DNA of 64,000 nucleotides from NCBI GenBank assembly GCA_000165345.1, contig CM000434.1, positions 256,001 to 320,000 of the forward strand, read 5' to 3'. Shown piece by piece: positions 11,409 to 22,643 of this stretch (position 1 is its first letter; each line of letters starts with the position of its first letter). The notes under the pieces were generated by a model. It saw only the letters and a program-made list of their open reading frames with translations, ran no database searches and was not told where the DNA came from. The position numbers and the translations under genes were made by a program.

Positions 11409-13209
11409 CTTCCTTTGTCCTTAGTTGCCTACTTATTAAAGACTGACTAATTATCACCTATAGAAGGGTCGAGCCGAATGTATAAAAATTTGTTATCAAT
11501 TTTTACTTGACGACGCTACAGATGTGTGGGTAAAATGTGGTTAATTGCTTTTTTATGTGGATACACCCAGTCCACGTATTTTTGCATGCATGTGAAGACG
11601 ATAAGCATTTCATACGTACGAGTCTACTCTTAAAAATTTATATTAATTTAATTTCAAGGTTGACTTTATATTGAGTCCTATTCTTTGTATTGAATTCGAA
11701 AAACCACTTTTTTATTTTATAGAACGTAATACAAAATTTTTTTTTCAATTTTTTTGCGCGAAAGTTTAATTTATTTAAGACATAAAATTATATCTCAATC
11801 GTATAATGCACAAATATTGGTTCTTTTACATGTTCTTTTATTTTTATTCTAATGTATAATTGTTGTTGAGCACTCAAGCCTACGAAAATGAGATATTAAC
11901 TCCAAAGTTATCATCGTTCTTATTTTTTTTTTGAAATGTGGTTAATTAGATTTTCTATTCCAATAGCACTAAAGGTGATTTTTTTTTTCCGAATACCGAG
12001 TAATTCGTGCCAGCATTTTGACGAGGCGAATGCATTTATTACTATCCCTCTAATACAAGGTTTTTTTGATTTGAATTTTAATTTCTGAGTGCAGTGGATT
12101 TGTTCTGAATGGGAAAAAAAAGGTCTAAGCTCCTAAGCACTAAATTGCGACTTTTCGTTTTTTTTAATATTTTGGGTAACTGATTACGATATGCATTTTT
12201 ACTTTAGACGTTGTTCTGAATAATATCTACTCTAACTATTACTCTAGAAGTGAAATATATACAACAAATAGTAAGTTTGTTATCTTCGTATTCTTCGTGA
12301 AAAAAGTAATAAAAATTTGAAATAATTTTAATCTTTGAAGAAAAACTTCAAATAAGAATTTCCTAAAAATTAATAATTCATGTTTACAGCAAATTGATAC
12401 TTATTCACTATTACAAAAATCTGAATCTAACGCTTTTATTATTTTTTTTAGAAGAAAAATTTATTTTTCGAAATTTGAATAAGCAGAAATTTTAGAAATT
12501 AAATGTGTGCTTAAATAAAATCATAAGTGTTGTATTCACTTTTGTTAGCAACAATACTTGTTTCTATTTTAAATTATATTTTCCAAAAGGAAATTTTTTT
12601 CTTTTTTTTCTGGTAAAATTATTCACATTTTCCTTGCTTCCGCCTGCCTTCCAAGATCATTCGATAATCTCAAATTCGAACTTAAAAAAAAAGATCAAAT
12701 ATCGAGAAATGCATTAAGACATTACTGCAGATCAATATTCGGACTTTCTTATAACTATTAACAATCATTATTGTTTCTTGAAATCATTCATATTTATCGT
12801 TGTTAGATCAATTACTTTCACAATCAACTTTAAACAGAGGAAGAATGAGAATGAGATATTATAATGCAGACATCCTATGAAATTTTACCGTCAACTGTTC
12901 CGAATCTCATGTCCGATATTCCATAGAACAAATCAACATAGAAAAAGCACACAAACACGATTTAAAAACACACGCGCAAAACATGAATAAACATAGAAAG
13001 TAGTTTCAAGAACAAAGTAGAAGAGAAAGATGTCCCCAGAATAAATTAGTTAAAGTAGAATAGGAATTGTGTATAGGTAAGTTGAACAATTCTAACCAAG
13101 TCGAGAATTCAATGAATAAACACTCAACATTACATTATTAACTGATCGCTTATTTGCAGGTTAGACTAGTGTTCTTTTCTTCCTTTTTAAATTCTTAGAG
13201 AAGTAATCA

Positions 13210-13467
13210 CTAGATGTTTCTACAAATTATTGCAATACCCCAAACAATGGCCCAGATCCATCCAACAAATGGCAATAATAATTGGAGAACCCCAGTGATA
13301 ATGTCTGAAGCGTCATTATTTAGTATTCCAATAATAATCATCCCCAAACCAAAAATAATTATGTTCAATACTCCAAATAATACGTATTTGCCTTTATCAT
13401 GGGGTGAGGCTGTTGGTGTAGAAAACTTCTTGAGTCTTTCCCAAACTACTCTCAATGCATTTGACAT
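13210..13467 (-). CDS. Small two-pass membrane protein (85 aa), function unknown.
   Basis: Two strongly hydrophobic helices (YVLFGVLNIIIFGLGMIIIGIL; VLQLLLPFVGWIWAIVWGIAII). An in-frame stop lies just upstream of the ATG. The antisense ORF 13214..13480 looks non-coding. Confidence 0.5.
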   Translation of the reverse strand: MSNALRVVWERLKKFSTPTASPHDKGKYVLFGVLNIIIFGLGMIIIGILNNDASDIITGVLQLLLPFVGWIWAIVWGIAIICRNI

Positions 13468-13920
13468 TCTTGATCTTTAACCTGAAATAATAACAATATT
13501 AATAGTTTTTGGTGATTCTAATAATTTTAAAACTGGGCATTAATATCCTCATTGTGAGGGGTTATTGGGTAGTAATTCTTTTATTTAAAAACCGAGTGGA
13601 TATTCCCGCCTAATTTTGTGTGGAAATTTATCGTTACTTTCGAACGCATTCTTTTTATCTTGGCTAGCATATGAACAAATTATATGGAAAAATGCAACTA
13701 ACTTAACGTATAGAATTAAATAGATGAAAATGATAAATATACACTAAAGAGTTTTTATGTTATAATCTAAATGGGGACATCTTTCTCAGCACATAAATCC
13801 ATATAAAAAAAAAATCGAGTTAATTTATCCGAGTTGTCAATTAAAAAATTTTGTAATTATGTTATATAATCTTAAATGCATTACATTAAAATTCAAGAAT
13901 TAAACTTAAACATTTAAAAA

Positions 13921-15030
13921 TTAGTTTATGAATTTGCCTCTGGTCAACCTGCATTCTGATGGTTTTTTTGTATTATGGCTGCCTTCTGGATTAATCTTAA
14001 CCTTTTCTATTATTTTCTTGTGCGCATGTCTTACAGAGACTTTTTCAAACATATCCTCTCTAAAATGGTCTGAAACTGGTTTAAATCTATCTGAATTATT
14101 TTTTATTGAAGTTCCGAACATATGTGGCCCATCCGATCCGCTACAAAGAGTTTGTTGTTGAATATAATTAGGAGTTCTATAATCTGGAGCGTTTAACATA
14201 TTCATTCTGTAATCAGGTGTTTTTTGATTTTTTGAAAGAAGGTAAGGAGTTTTTTCAGGATCACTATTTGTACTATCAGAAGGTGTACTTGTAGAAGCAA
14301 AGTCATCATCAAGTGAAGTTGTCTTGTTTAAACCGGTAAGCACCTGTTTTTTTTCAAAAACGGGTTTAGGGGTGGTATCTTCATTATGTTGCATACCACT
14401 CAATTCATCAAAGGAGCTGGACATTTTTATATTAACTTTATTTTTTAGGATTGTGTTTTTCAAGTCAAGAAACTTTGAGGCTGCAGCGCTGACACTTACT
14501 TCACTTCCGTTAACGGCATTAGAAACCACTTCGTAGATAGAATTTAGTCCATTTATTAGCCTCTCAGATAGTTGAACATAATCCTCTTTTTTTCTTAATT
14601 CACTTTCTTTTGACTTTCTTGAGCCTAAAACTGAGCCTTGGGAACTTTGTTTCTCTTTATGAGATATATGTATCAATCCCGGATTAGTTCCTTGTCTTGC
14701 AAACTTGGCCCCACCTCCAAATAATGACCCATCGAATTTAGTTGTTCTTGCTCCACTGACAACTCCTCTTGAAAAAATATCCTTTTTTCTCGACTCATAC
14801 TCTGCTTGGCTACGTTTTAGAGGATCTGTTAATATATCATAAGCTTCAACTATATCTTTAAATTTCGCCTCACACATCTGTCTATCATTTCCCATGTTTT
14901 TATCTGGGTGCCATTTTATCGCTAATTTATGATAAGCCTTCTTAATTTCCCCATCATTATTTAAATTGGATATCTTAAGATTCAAAATTTCACAGCATTC
15001 TTTTATTGACTTTTTGGGAGCATTCATCAT
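13921..15030 (-). CDS. DnaJ/Hsp40 family protein: N-terminal J domain, Gly/Phe-like region, no zinc finger.
   Basis: J domain: ...[22 protein letters not shown]...[21 protein letters not shown] (HPD motif). [11 protein letters not shown] follows. Confidence 0.8.
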   Translation of the reverse strand: MMNAPKKSIKECCEILNLKISNLNNDGEIKKAYHKLAIKWHPDKNMGNDRQMCEAKFKDIVEAYDILTDPLKRSQAEYESRKKDIFSRGVVSGARTTKFDGSLFGGGAKFARQGTNPGLIHISHKEKQSSQGSVLGSRKSKESELRKKEDYVQLSERLINGLNSIYEVVSNAVNGSEVSVSAAASKFLDLKNTILKNKVNIKMSSSFDELSGMQHNEDTTPKPVFEKKQVLTGLNKTTSLDDDFASTSTPSDSTNSDPEKTPYLLSKNQKTPDYRMNMLNAPDYRTPNYIQQQTLCSGSDGPHMFGTSIKNNSDRFKPVSDHFREDMFEKVSVRHAHKKIIEKVKINPEGSHNTKKPSECRLTRGKFIN

Positions 15031-15683
15031 TGAAATTTTGCCAAAAAATTGAAATTAATTTATGCTCTTAAATTCTGAGCTAATTGTGGTCTTAATTATA
15101 TGAAGAAAAATACTCAAATTTCAAGGCATTTGTATGAATTTTCTTAAATCTATATTCTAACTTTCTTCCCTGCTATTATTCCCTAACTCAAGGCCACTCA
15201 CTTATTTTTTTCTTATTAAATATATTATTATCGAATTTAGACGTGTGAGCACGTACATGTAATTTGGGTGTGTGTAATATCTACACAATGAACAAAAAAA
15301 AAAGAAATTGATAATCAAAGCTACACAAAACTAAAAACTTAAGAATTTAATTACTATGTTATATTCATAAGAAATCACATCATTAATTCACATTTAAAGT
15401 GAAAATTCTCTAATTTTTTTTTTTTTATTAGTTTTTTTTTTTTTTTAATTTAAAGTTGAGCGATGAGGGGTTGTAGAAAAGACGAAAAACCATGCTAATA
15501 TAACTGTGATATTAAATTCGCTCGCTTGTAATATCTTTTATAAGATTTGTCTCTAATACTCGAAAAAAAAATAGTTTTTAAGAAAGGTACCCATGTTTGT
15601 ATTTAGCACTGGTCCAAGCCAAAAGTGAGAATAACCATATTTAAAAGTTATATAGTATCAACATAAACAATAATACTCTAATC

Positions 15684-17288
15684 ATGTCGAAAATTCTTTG
15701 CAATGTGTTGTTATTGTTATTTATCTTCTTCTCATATTGTATGTGTGGGGATATGATTTCAGCAATAATTGAAAGTGCTAGTTCAAATTTACAAAATGCT
15801 CCAACTTTAAGAAAAGATGTTGAGCTTGATATCAAAAACAACAAGCCAAAGAACTTTAAACAAGGTAACAAGAGATGGTTTAAAGCAAAGAAAGATCTAA
15901 TGAAATTCACTCCACAGAAAGGGATTGAGCTCGGGAAAAAGATCGCTCGTAATGCTTCTATTGGAGTTATTTGGATTTACGAGCCAGGACTTTTATTAGC
16001 AGAGGAATTAGTATCCCCTTGCTTTGGTATAATAAGTTATTACCCAAATATGCAAATTACTGTAATGAAAGGAGAAAGATTCTTAGGTATTATTTGTGAT
16101 GCTAGAGACTATAAGCCAATTAATACTGATAGATTTAAATGGTATGTAGCTATAGGAAATGATCTCAGTTTTACTGCAAGATATTATGTTAAAGAGGGGA
16201 TGTATATAAAGGAGGGTCAGGAACTTGGTCATCTTTCCAGGCCAGCTAGATCAGTTGGAAGAGTTGCAATAAAATCTAGGGCAAGATGTTCTGGAATAAT
16301 TGTATTATGCAAAACTGGTCCATTGGAAACTGGAGAAGAGTTCCTAAGAATATCATGTGATGCTGCTACAGGCACTGCTGATGTTAACAATAGTCTAGTT
16401 GATAAATCTCATACATCTCTTCTTGATCAATCAGATATGGGAAAAAGTATTCCAAAGCTTAGAGGTCTTGCTCAGATTTCTCCAGAACAGGCTGATTATG
16501 ATGGTAAACAGTTTAAACTTCCTCAAATAATGAATTCTGCAGAAGAATCAAATATTATAGGAGACGATGACGGAAAATCTGAGTCTGAAGAGGAAGAAGA
16601 GTTTGGTAATAATAAAGATACTAGAAATATCCAAAGTACTAAGAAAGAAGAAAAGATTAAAATTCCTTTAGATAGCTCAGACACTCTTGATGAAAGCACT
16701 CCCTCATCTAACTCTGACTTGAATATCATCAACAAAGCAATTCAACCACCGCCTGAAGCCAAGAAAGGTAAGAACTTTTTTGATTTCGAGTTTGAGGAAG
16801 AAGATGATGGAGTCAATGACGAAACTGAATATAAAAAAGTGATTCAAGAATTAGGAAATAATGAAGAAGATGAAAAGAATACTGAAAAGGAAAAATTAGA
16901 AAAAGAAAAATTAGAAAAAGAACAATTAGAAAAAGAAAAATTAGAAAGAGAAAGAATAGAAAAAGAAAGATTAGAAAAGGAAAAAATCGAAAAAGAAATA
17001 CTTGAAAAGGAAAGATTAGAAAAAGAAAGGTTAGAAAAAGAAAGATTGATGAAAGCAGATGCAAAGAAGAAAGAAGTGGATGTATCTTCATCAATCCCAG
17101 GATCTACTGATTATCATGTCATATTACAGACTCACAGGAATGCAAACGAAAACTTTAAAAAACACCCAGAAAAGAAAGTAGAAAGAAAACATAACGAAAT
17201 TGGTTCTGTCAAAACTGGAGGCGTAATAGATTTAGATGGCTTGAGTTCTAGTATAGTAAGCGAAGCTGAAATCAGTATTTTGGACTAG
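15684..17288 (+). CDS. Secreted protein with an N-terminal globular region, an acidic linker and an (EKEKL)n tandem-repeat block.
   Basis: Signal peptide MSKILCNVLLLLFIFFSYCMC. 534-aa ORF. 11 tandem pentapeptide repeats near the C-terminus. Confidence 0.65.
   Translation: MSKILCNVLLLLFIFFSYCMCGDMISAIIESASSNLQNAPTLRKDVELDIKNNKPKNFKQGNKRWFKAKKDLMKFTPQKGIELGKKIARNASIGVIWIYEPGLLLAEELVSPCFGIISYYPNMQITVMKGERFLGIICDARDYKPINTDRFKWYVAIGNDLSFTARYYVKEGMYIKEGQELGHLSRPARSVGRVAIKSRARCSGIIVLCKTGPLETGEEFLRISCDAATGTADVNNSLVDKSHTSLLDQSDMGKSIPKLRGLAQISPEQADYDGKQFKLPQIMNSAEESNIIGDDDGKSESEEEEEFGNNKDTRNIQSTKKEEKIKIPLDSSDTLDESTPSSNSDLNIINKAIQPPPEAKKGKNFFDFEFEEEDDGVNDETEYKKVIQELGNNEEDEKNTEKEKLEKEKLEKEQLEKEKLERERIEKERLEKEKIEKEILEKERLEKERLEKERLMKADAKKKEVDVSSSIPGSTDYHVILQTHRNANENFKKHPEKKVERKHNEIGSVKTGGVIDLDGLSSSIVSEAEISILD
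16884..17050 (+). repeat. 15-nt (5-codon) tandem minisatellite encoding EKEKL/EKERL/EKEIL, about 11 copies (gaaaaagaaaaatta variants).
   Basis: Direct reading of the sequence and of the ORF translation (EKEKLEKEKLEKEQLEKEKLERERIEKERLEKEKIEKEILEKERLEKERLEKERL). Boundaries are approximate, to within 2 nt. Confidence 0.8.
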
Positions 17289-17541
17289 ATGTTAATAAAC
17301 TGAACTAATGGATATAAAAATCACAATATATCTACAAATAGCTAGATACTGCTCGAAATGAAAAAAAAAATATATATATATATATTCTTAAATTATACTG
17401 GAAGTTAGTTCTCCAGTGTTTAAATAATATTTCTTCCTTATGAAATAAGTCATAATTCTCTGTTTGAGGAATAATTTAATAAATAATAAAAAAAATATAT
17501 ATTATTAACTTCATGTAGTAGCAGACTTAACGTATTATTTA

Positions 17542-18918
17542 TTATTCCTTATTCTCCATTCGATCGTACTGGCTAACTTTTTCTGGCCTTGTATTTGAAT
17601 CCTTTTCGTGAAAGAGAGCATCATCGCAAGCCTTTATTAACAAACTCCTTATTGGACGATACCTTTCAGTACTGTCATAATAAGTTTCTGCTTTAAGCTT
17701 GAAAAATGTTATAAGAGCTTCTGCACATTCTATAATTGATTGTTTCCCGAGTATTATATCACAATAGTCTGATAAACTAATCCTCTGTGTAATATGTTTG
17801 ATTTGAGGAATATTGTCAACAGAAGTTTTTAATTGAATAGCTTTTTCCCTAAGATTTTGTGGTAATAAGCTACATATGCCACTTCTGGTTCTAAGTAATC
17901 TAACAAACTCCCTTCTTTCTTTAGTTGGCTCAGTTTTGATAGGCTTTTTTGCTGACCTTAATACAGAATATTGAGAATAGGCTCTGTCATTGTAAACATC
18001 CCAGCGTCCAGTACTATATCCCGCTTCCTTACAAATTTGACGAAATTTTTGTCTAAACATCTTATAAAAAAGACTCCATTGGCCATGGAATCTTGCCATT
18101 AGATCAACAAAAATCCTCTCACAATCCCCTTCTCCACGATAAGTATTTAATAAATAAATCCCCTCGCAAATATGTTGTTGGGTCCATCCACTACCTGCTC
18201 TACTTCCAGAATATCCCTGATTACTAGAAGATCCATCTAATCCAATTCCTCCAAGTACACTAACTAAGTCCGATTGTATCATTCTATATATATTATTAAC
18301 TTTTGTCATAATTTCAGGTTCTCTTGTGGCAATAATTTTACACCAATTAACATTTCCTCTCTCATTTTGATGAGCTTTTGGCAATCCTCTATACTTTGAT
18401 CCAGAAAGTCGCCTAATTGTATTAAACTGATGTTCTGGTTTCATTGTAGGAATAGGAATTGAAAATATGAGCTCTTCTGAAGGATGTACGTACATTTCAA
18501 GTTCCTCTTCTCTAATTGAAGGTCCAGGTTCCCCAAATTTGAAATCTGGAGCTGAAGCTTTGGCTCCCGTATCTTTCCTGGAGTCTGAAATACCAGCTCC
18601 TATCAAATCTATTTTTTCAGCTGAAGTTGGTAAACTCTCACTTTTTCTAGCAGATGTAACTTTAGCTGCATCTATAATTGAATCTTTTTCATCTTGTTTT
18701 TCTTCAGAAGCATCTAAAAGTGGCTGAAATGGTTCCGTATGTTGTGCATCAGAACCAATCTTACGTATACTGTCAATTAACTTTGCTTGATCAAGATCTT
18801 GTTCATCTCCTAGTTCTTTTTCCAAACCACTATATATATTTTCATTACCTGTTGTAAGTATTACTTCCCTCGCAAATTTCACACAAAACAGAAGTAACCA
18901 AAATATTTTAATTTCCAT
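17542..18918 (-). CDS. Secreted hypothetical protein (458 aa).
   Basis: N-terminal signal peptide (MEIKIFWLLLFCVKFAREV). Acidic N-terminal half and a Cys/Trp-containing globular C-terminal half. No recognisable family. Confidence 0.6.
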   Translation of the reverse strand: MEIKIFWLLLFCVKFAREVILTTGNENIYSGLEKELGDEQDLDQAKLIDSIRKIGSDAQHTEPFQPLLDASEEKQDEKDSIIDAAKVTSARKSESLPTSAEKIDLIGAGISDSRKDTGAKASAPDFKFGEPGPSIREEELEMYVHPSEELIFSIPIPTMKPEHQFNTIRRLSGSKYRGLPKAHQNERGNVNWCKIIATREPEIMTKVNNIYRMIQSDLVSVLGGIGLDGSSSNQGYSGSRAGSGWTQQHICEGIYLLNTYRGEGDCERIFVDLMARFHGQWSLFYKMFRQKFRQICKEAGYSTGRWDVYNDRAYSQYSVLRSAKKPIKTEPTKERREFVRLLRTRSGICSLLPQNLREKAIQLKTSVDNIPQIKHITQRISLSDYCDIILGKQSIIECAEALITFFKLKAETYYDSTERYRPIRSLLIKACDDALFHEKDSNTRPEKVSQYDRMENKE

Positions 18919-19737
18919 ATTCTAAATAAGTTTGTATTGACATTGTTCAAAATTGTCTATAGAAATTTATCGTACTCCCAACGTTTTTACCTTTTTAATC
19001 CTTTTTCAAAAAATTTTACCAGACCGTTATGGCGCGCAAGCTCATAAAGATCTAGAAATAGAGAAAATGCAATGATTTCAAATTAAATAAAAAAATTTAC
19101 CAACTATTCAAATGCTAGAATATCTTAGAAATAATATTCAATTCTTTAAATAGATAGCTTTGCTATGTCATTGGCTCTATTGATCTTTTTTGTTTTGGGA
19201 TAATTGTGTTTCTTAATTAACTAAGTACTATAAAACTTAACAAATAATAAATAAATATATATATTTATATTTAAAAAAAAAAAAATATTAACAAACAAAT
19301 CATTTACGCCTTTCCTTGTGTTAATCTCTTATTATTGCATCAATCACTCTGAAATTTTGAAGGAACCTAATTTAACTTAACAATCTCGTTTCTTGGAGAT
19401 ACGAACTCTTCACACGTCGTAATCTTGCATCTTACAGTTTCTAACACAAATAATCGAATAAACTTAAGCTGTTTGTGCATATATAACAATAATTGTGAAT
19501 AATTTGTGTTATATTAATAAAATAAAATTTTAGAGATAAGACATAGTAATTTATATTATTTAAAAAAAAAAAAGAAAGGAAGATAAGAAACCCATATAAT
19601 TGTTAAGGTTTGAAAACTTTATTTATTTTCAAACTACCACTCAAAATAAAACTTAACATTAACCTCCAAAAATAATTCTAAATTCATTAAATTATTGAAT
19701 CAATAATAATAAAAATTGCCATTAAACCTGTCTCCCA

Positions 19738-19749
19738 TTTTTCCCGCCA
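19738..19749 (+). promoter_or_regulatory. Canonical E2F-type element TTTTTCCCGCCA, about 125 nt upstream of the 19875 gene.
   Basis: Matches TTTCCCGCC. It is the only GC-rich block in this intergenic region. Confidence 0.45.
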
Positions 19750-19874
19750 CCTGTTTGTAAAAAATGACATGACCAATTCGTCAAGTAAGTCTGGATAAAC
19801 ATTACTCTCATAACCTTAAATTACTTAAATAGTAGATTCCCTGTACAAAATCAACAGAAAGGGAATAAATTCAG

Positions 19875-22328
19875 ATGAGATTTATACCATTCTCCATTAT
19901 ATGGCTATTCTACCTATTTTTTGGGCCATGTTTAGGTTTAAGAGCAAATACTACTCATAAGTTAGCAATAGATCAATTCCTTGGAGATCTAAGTTCTGAA
20001 AACCTTCAAATTTTAGAATATGACTTTATTTTTAGTAAATTAAAAGACATTAATGGAGATGTCAATGATTTACTAAAATCAATGTCTCAAAAAGAAAATT
20101 TGAAATATACTCTTCAAAAATATAAGACAAAGATTAAGAATATTGCAGAAGCTTTGTCTATTGAGATAAAAGACTCTTTAGATTCCCACTTAAATTTATT
20201 AGATAATTTGAATAATAAATTTCAGGAAATTAATATTGAAATTGTTAAAAAAGACTTTATATCAAAACAAGATAATATTTACCAACAGAATCTATTAAAT
20301 TATTTGAACAAACAATCTTTTAATAAAAGTATCCAATTCCTTGAAAAATCTGATATAGATAATAAGGAGGAGTTGATCAATCAATTAAAAAATTTACTAT
20401 ATTCAAGACACGAGAGTCAAAATGGTATTTTGGATAAAATAATCATTTTACATAAACTTGCTATTGAAATTGAACTCACTAAAATTGTTTATTTATACTC
20501 TAAGAATCAAACAGAATCGCGTGAATTTGAAAGCAAACTACAGAAATTTGTGAAAATGTTGCATTTATTGGCAAATTTTGAGCTATTTCTAAATGGATGC
20601 TTTAATTCTCCTTATGAAATCTCCATTACCAAAATTATTAATTTAAGCCAAAATTATGAAACAACAAGTTCTACAGATACTAGATTTGTTATTTATCCAA
20701 ATTTACTATTTGAACAAGAGATATGTGATCTTTCCATAATAAATCAAAATGAAAAGGACATTTTAAGTAAAAGTGAAAAAACTATTACACCTGTTACTAA
20801 TCAACAAGAGTTTTGTACAAATTCTTATGAATCTAATGAAAATATATCATTCAACCAATCAGAGGTTTTGAATCAAGTAAAAGTCAGTAATGAAAGTTCT
20901 TTATTACTGAATGATAAAAATGATTCATTGTTTGACTTTAATTCCCTCAAAAGTGTTAAACAAAACGAAGTATTTAATCAAATTTACAATGATAATCAAT
21001 TTAAAGTAGAAATCGATATAATTTCTCCCATTCTTAGTGTTGAATCAAATAAATCACCTAGAATTGGAGATTATATAATTAATAATGATTTTAATCAATA
21101 TTCTGCAAACAAGTCTCACGATTCTATTAGGAATACTCGTGAGACATTTAAAATTAATGATGAAGAAGTAAAGTCACATATGAATAATATACGTATTAAA
21201 CAAATGCATAAAAATACAATTATAGATAAAAGAAAAAATTACAAAGATTCAAAATTGGACTTAGCATCATTAAGAAAATGTTTTGAATATCAATATGTTT
21301 GTTTACTAGCCAGACATTTGGAAGATGACGAAATTTTGGAGCTAGACAGTTACTTATTTTCTTATGGAGTTAAATTACCTCTAGAAAAGGATTCTAATTT
21401 AATTTGGTCAATTTCAGAAAGCTTAGTTGATAATTTTGGTGCAAGAAAAAGGCTAATTGAACACGTCTCACAGAAAATTATTGATTTTACTTTGTCTATA
21501 GGCCGATTAAATACTGATCCTTTAATGAATACTGGAAATCAAAGGAATGATCAAATAGGGTTTTACAGGGAAAAACACATCGATATTCTTTCAATTTTAA
21601 TTGCTTTAAGGGAATTCTTAAATTCTAAAAATTCAGAAGAAATTTCTACAGCCAGAATAAATTTTATTGATAAATTTGTACCTTTAATTAAACGTCATTC
21701 AAACAAAAAAATCAAATTTTCTAAAAATTCAGAAACAAACAAAAAAAAAAGTCAATTTGACTTATCAAGTTATCATGCCAGCAGTAGATTTATAAAACTA
21801 AGAGACTCATTCGATAATGATGGTGAATCAAAATATAATTCAGAAAATGGATTACTACCTACAAATATTAGTGAGACAATAAGTGAACCAAGTCTTTATG
21901 AGCTATGTACTAGATTTATCACAACTCTATCAATTACCAAGTCAGTTAAAAGTTTCAATGATAATTCCTATAAGTTTGCTCAAAAAGTTTGCTCAATGAT
22001 TTTTGAACAACCTATTCATAATATCTTAAGTAGTCAAGATTATGCATGGCTTACTGGATTTACTTTGGTTAGAACAGTAAATTATTTAATCAAAAAACAA
22101 AATCTTCCTGAAGAAATTTTTATTGATCATGAAAATGCGCTTAGAGCTCTAAACTATTCATTCTCACAAAAAGTTTACAATTTTCATCAAGCATGTACAC
22201 AATCTCTTATTTCTCAAAAAAGTACCGCTATTTATCGAAATAATATTTCATTACATTTAATTAAACCTTTGATGAAAATATCATGCGCAGAATATTTTGG
22301 AATTAGCGTATTTTTATATGAAAATTAG
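19875..22328 (+). CDS. Secreted hypothetical protein (817 aa), N/K/I-rich.
   Basis: Signal peptide MRFIPFSIIWLFYLFFGPCLGLRA. Long uninterrupted ORF in ~28% GC DNA. Confidence 0.6.
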   Translation: MRFIPFSIIWLFYLFFGPCLGLRANTTHKLAIDQFLGDLSSENLQILEYDFIFSKLKDINGDVNDLLKSMSQKENLKYTLQKYKTKIKNIAEALSIEIKDSLDSHLNLLDNLNNKFQEINIEIVKKDFISKQDNIYQQNLLNYLNKQSFNKSIQFLEKSDIDNKEELINQLKNLLYSRHESQNGILDKIIILHKLAIEIELTKIVYLYSKNQTESREFESKLQKFVKMLHLLANFELFLNGCFNSPYEISITKIINLSQNYETTSSTDTRFVIYPNLLFEQEICDLSIINQNEKDILSKSEKTITPVTNQQEFCTNSYESNENISFNQSEVLNQVKVSNESSLLLNDKNDSLFDFNSLKSVKQNEVFNQIYNDNQFKVEIDIISPILSVESNKSPRIGDYIINNDFNQYSANKSHDSIRNTRETFKINDEEVKSHMNNIRIKQMHKNTIIDKRKNYKDSKLDLASLRKCFEYQYVCLLARHLEDDEILELDSYLFSYGVKLPLEKDSNLIWSISESLVDNFGARKRLIEHVSQKIIDFTLSIGRLNTDPLMNTGNQRNDQIGFYREKHIDILSILIALREFLNSKNSEEISTARINFIDKFVPLIKRHSNKKIKFSKNSETNKKKSQFDLSSYHASSRFIKLRDSFDNDGESKYNSENGLLPTNISETISEPSLYELCTRFITTLSITKSVKSFNDNSYKFAQKVCSMIFEQPIHNILSSQDYAWLTGFTLVRTVNYLIKKQNLPEEIFIDHENALRALNYSFSQKVYNFHQACTQSLISQKSTAIYRNNISLHLIKPLMKISCAEYFGISVFLYEN

Positions 22329-22455
22329 ATAATTATATTCAATTATTATTTCGTTCTAATTATATCTAAAATAGAAATGTCGGTATTCCTTCTCTTTTCC
22401 CCTAATACTTCTTTGATTTTTAATATTCTTAATATATTGCGCCCGTTACCTAGAT

Positions 22456-22529
22456 GGCTGGATGGCCGAGTGGACTAAGGCGCAGCATTCAGGTTGCTGT
22501 TTTCAGGGGTTCGAATCCCCTTTCAGTCA
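22456..22529 (+). tRNA. tRNA gene, anticodon CAG (reads CUG, Leu). The D-arm is Leu/Ser-like, but the variable region appears to be only 5 nt. It is followed immediately by a Pol III T5 terminator.
   Basis: Manual fold: acceptor GGCTGGA/TTCAGTC (7 bp including 2 G-U). U8. D-arm GCC-GAGTGGACTAA-GGC. Anticodon stem CAGCA/TGCTG with loop TTCAGGT (U33, anticodon CAG, G37). Variable TTTTC. T-arm AGGGG-TTCGAAT-CCCCT. Discriminator A. TTTTT at 22531..22535. No encoded CCA. Confidence 0.75.
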
Positions 22530-22643
22530 CTTTTTCCTATAATAAAAAAAAAATTAAATTGGCACTGAGGATCAGTAAAAAACGGAATGAACAGAGATAT
22601 GAATAATAATACTCAATTTATTTTGATAACAGATATCTAACAT

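Noticed and set aside
13076-13157. Intron-like signals on the plus strand (GGTAAGTTG ... TTATTTGCAG).
   Set aside because: There are no flanking plus-strand ORFs that could be joined. GTAAGT and AG-ending T-runs occur frequently by chance at this base composition.
13214-13480. The 88-aa plus-strand ORF antisense to the small membrane-protein gene.
   Set aside because: The minus-strand ORF has two clean TM helices and an upstream stop, so it is the better gene. The plus-strand translation is compositionally implausible.
22456-22529. An alternative reading of the tRNA as selenocysteine tRNA (the TCA triplet is present in the loop).
   Set aside because: The stem and loop register places CAG, not UCA, at positions 34-36. 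There is no 9/4 acceptor/T architecture and no long variable arm.
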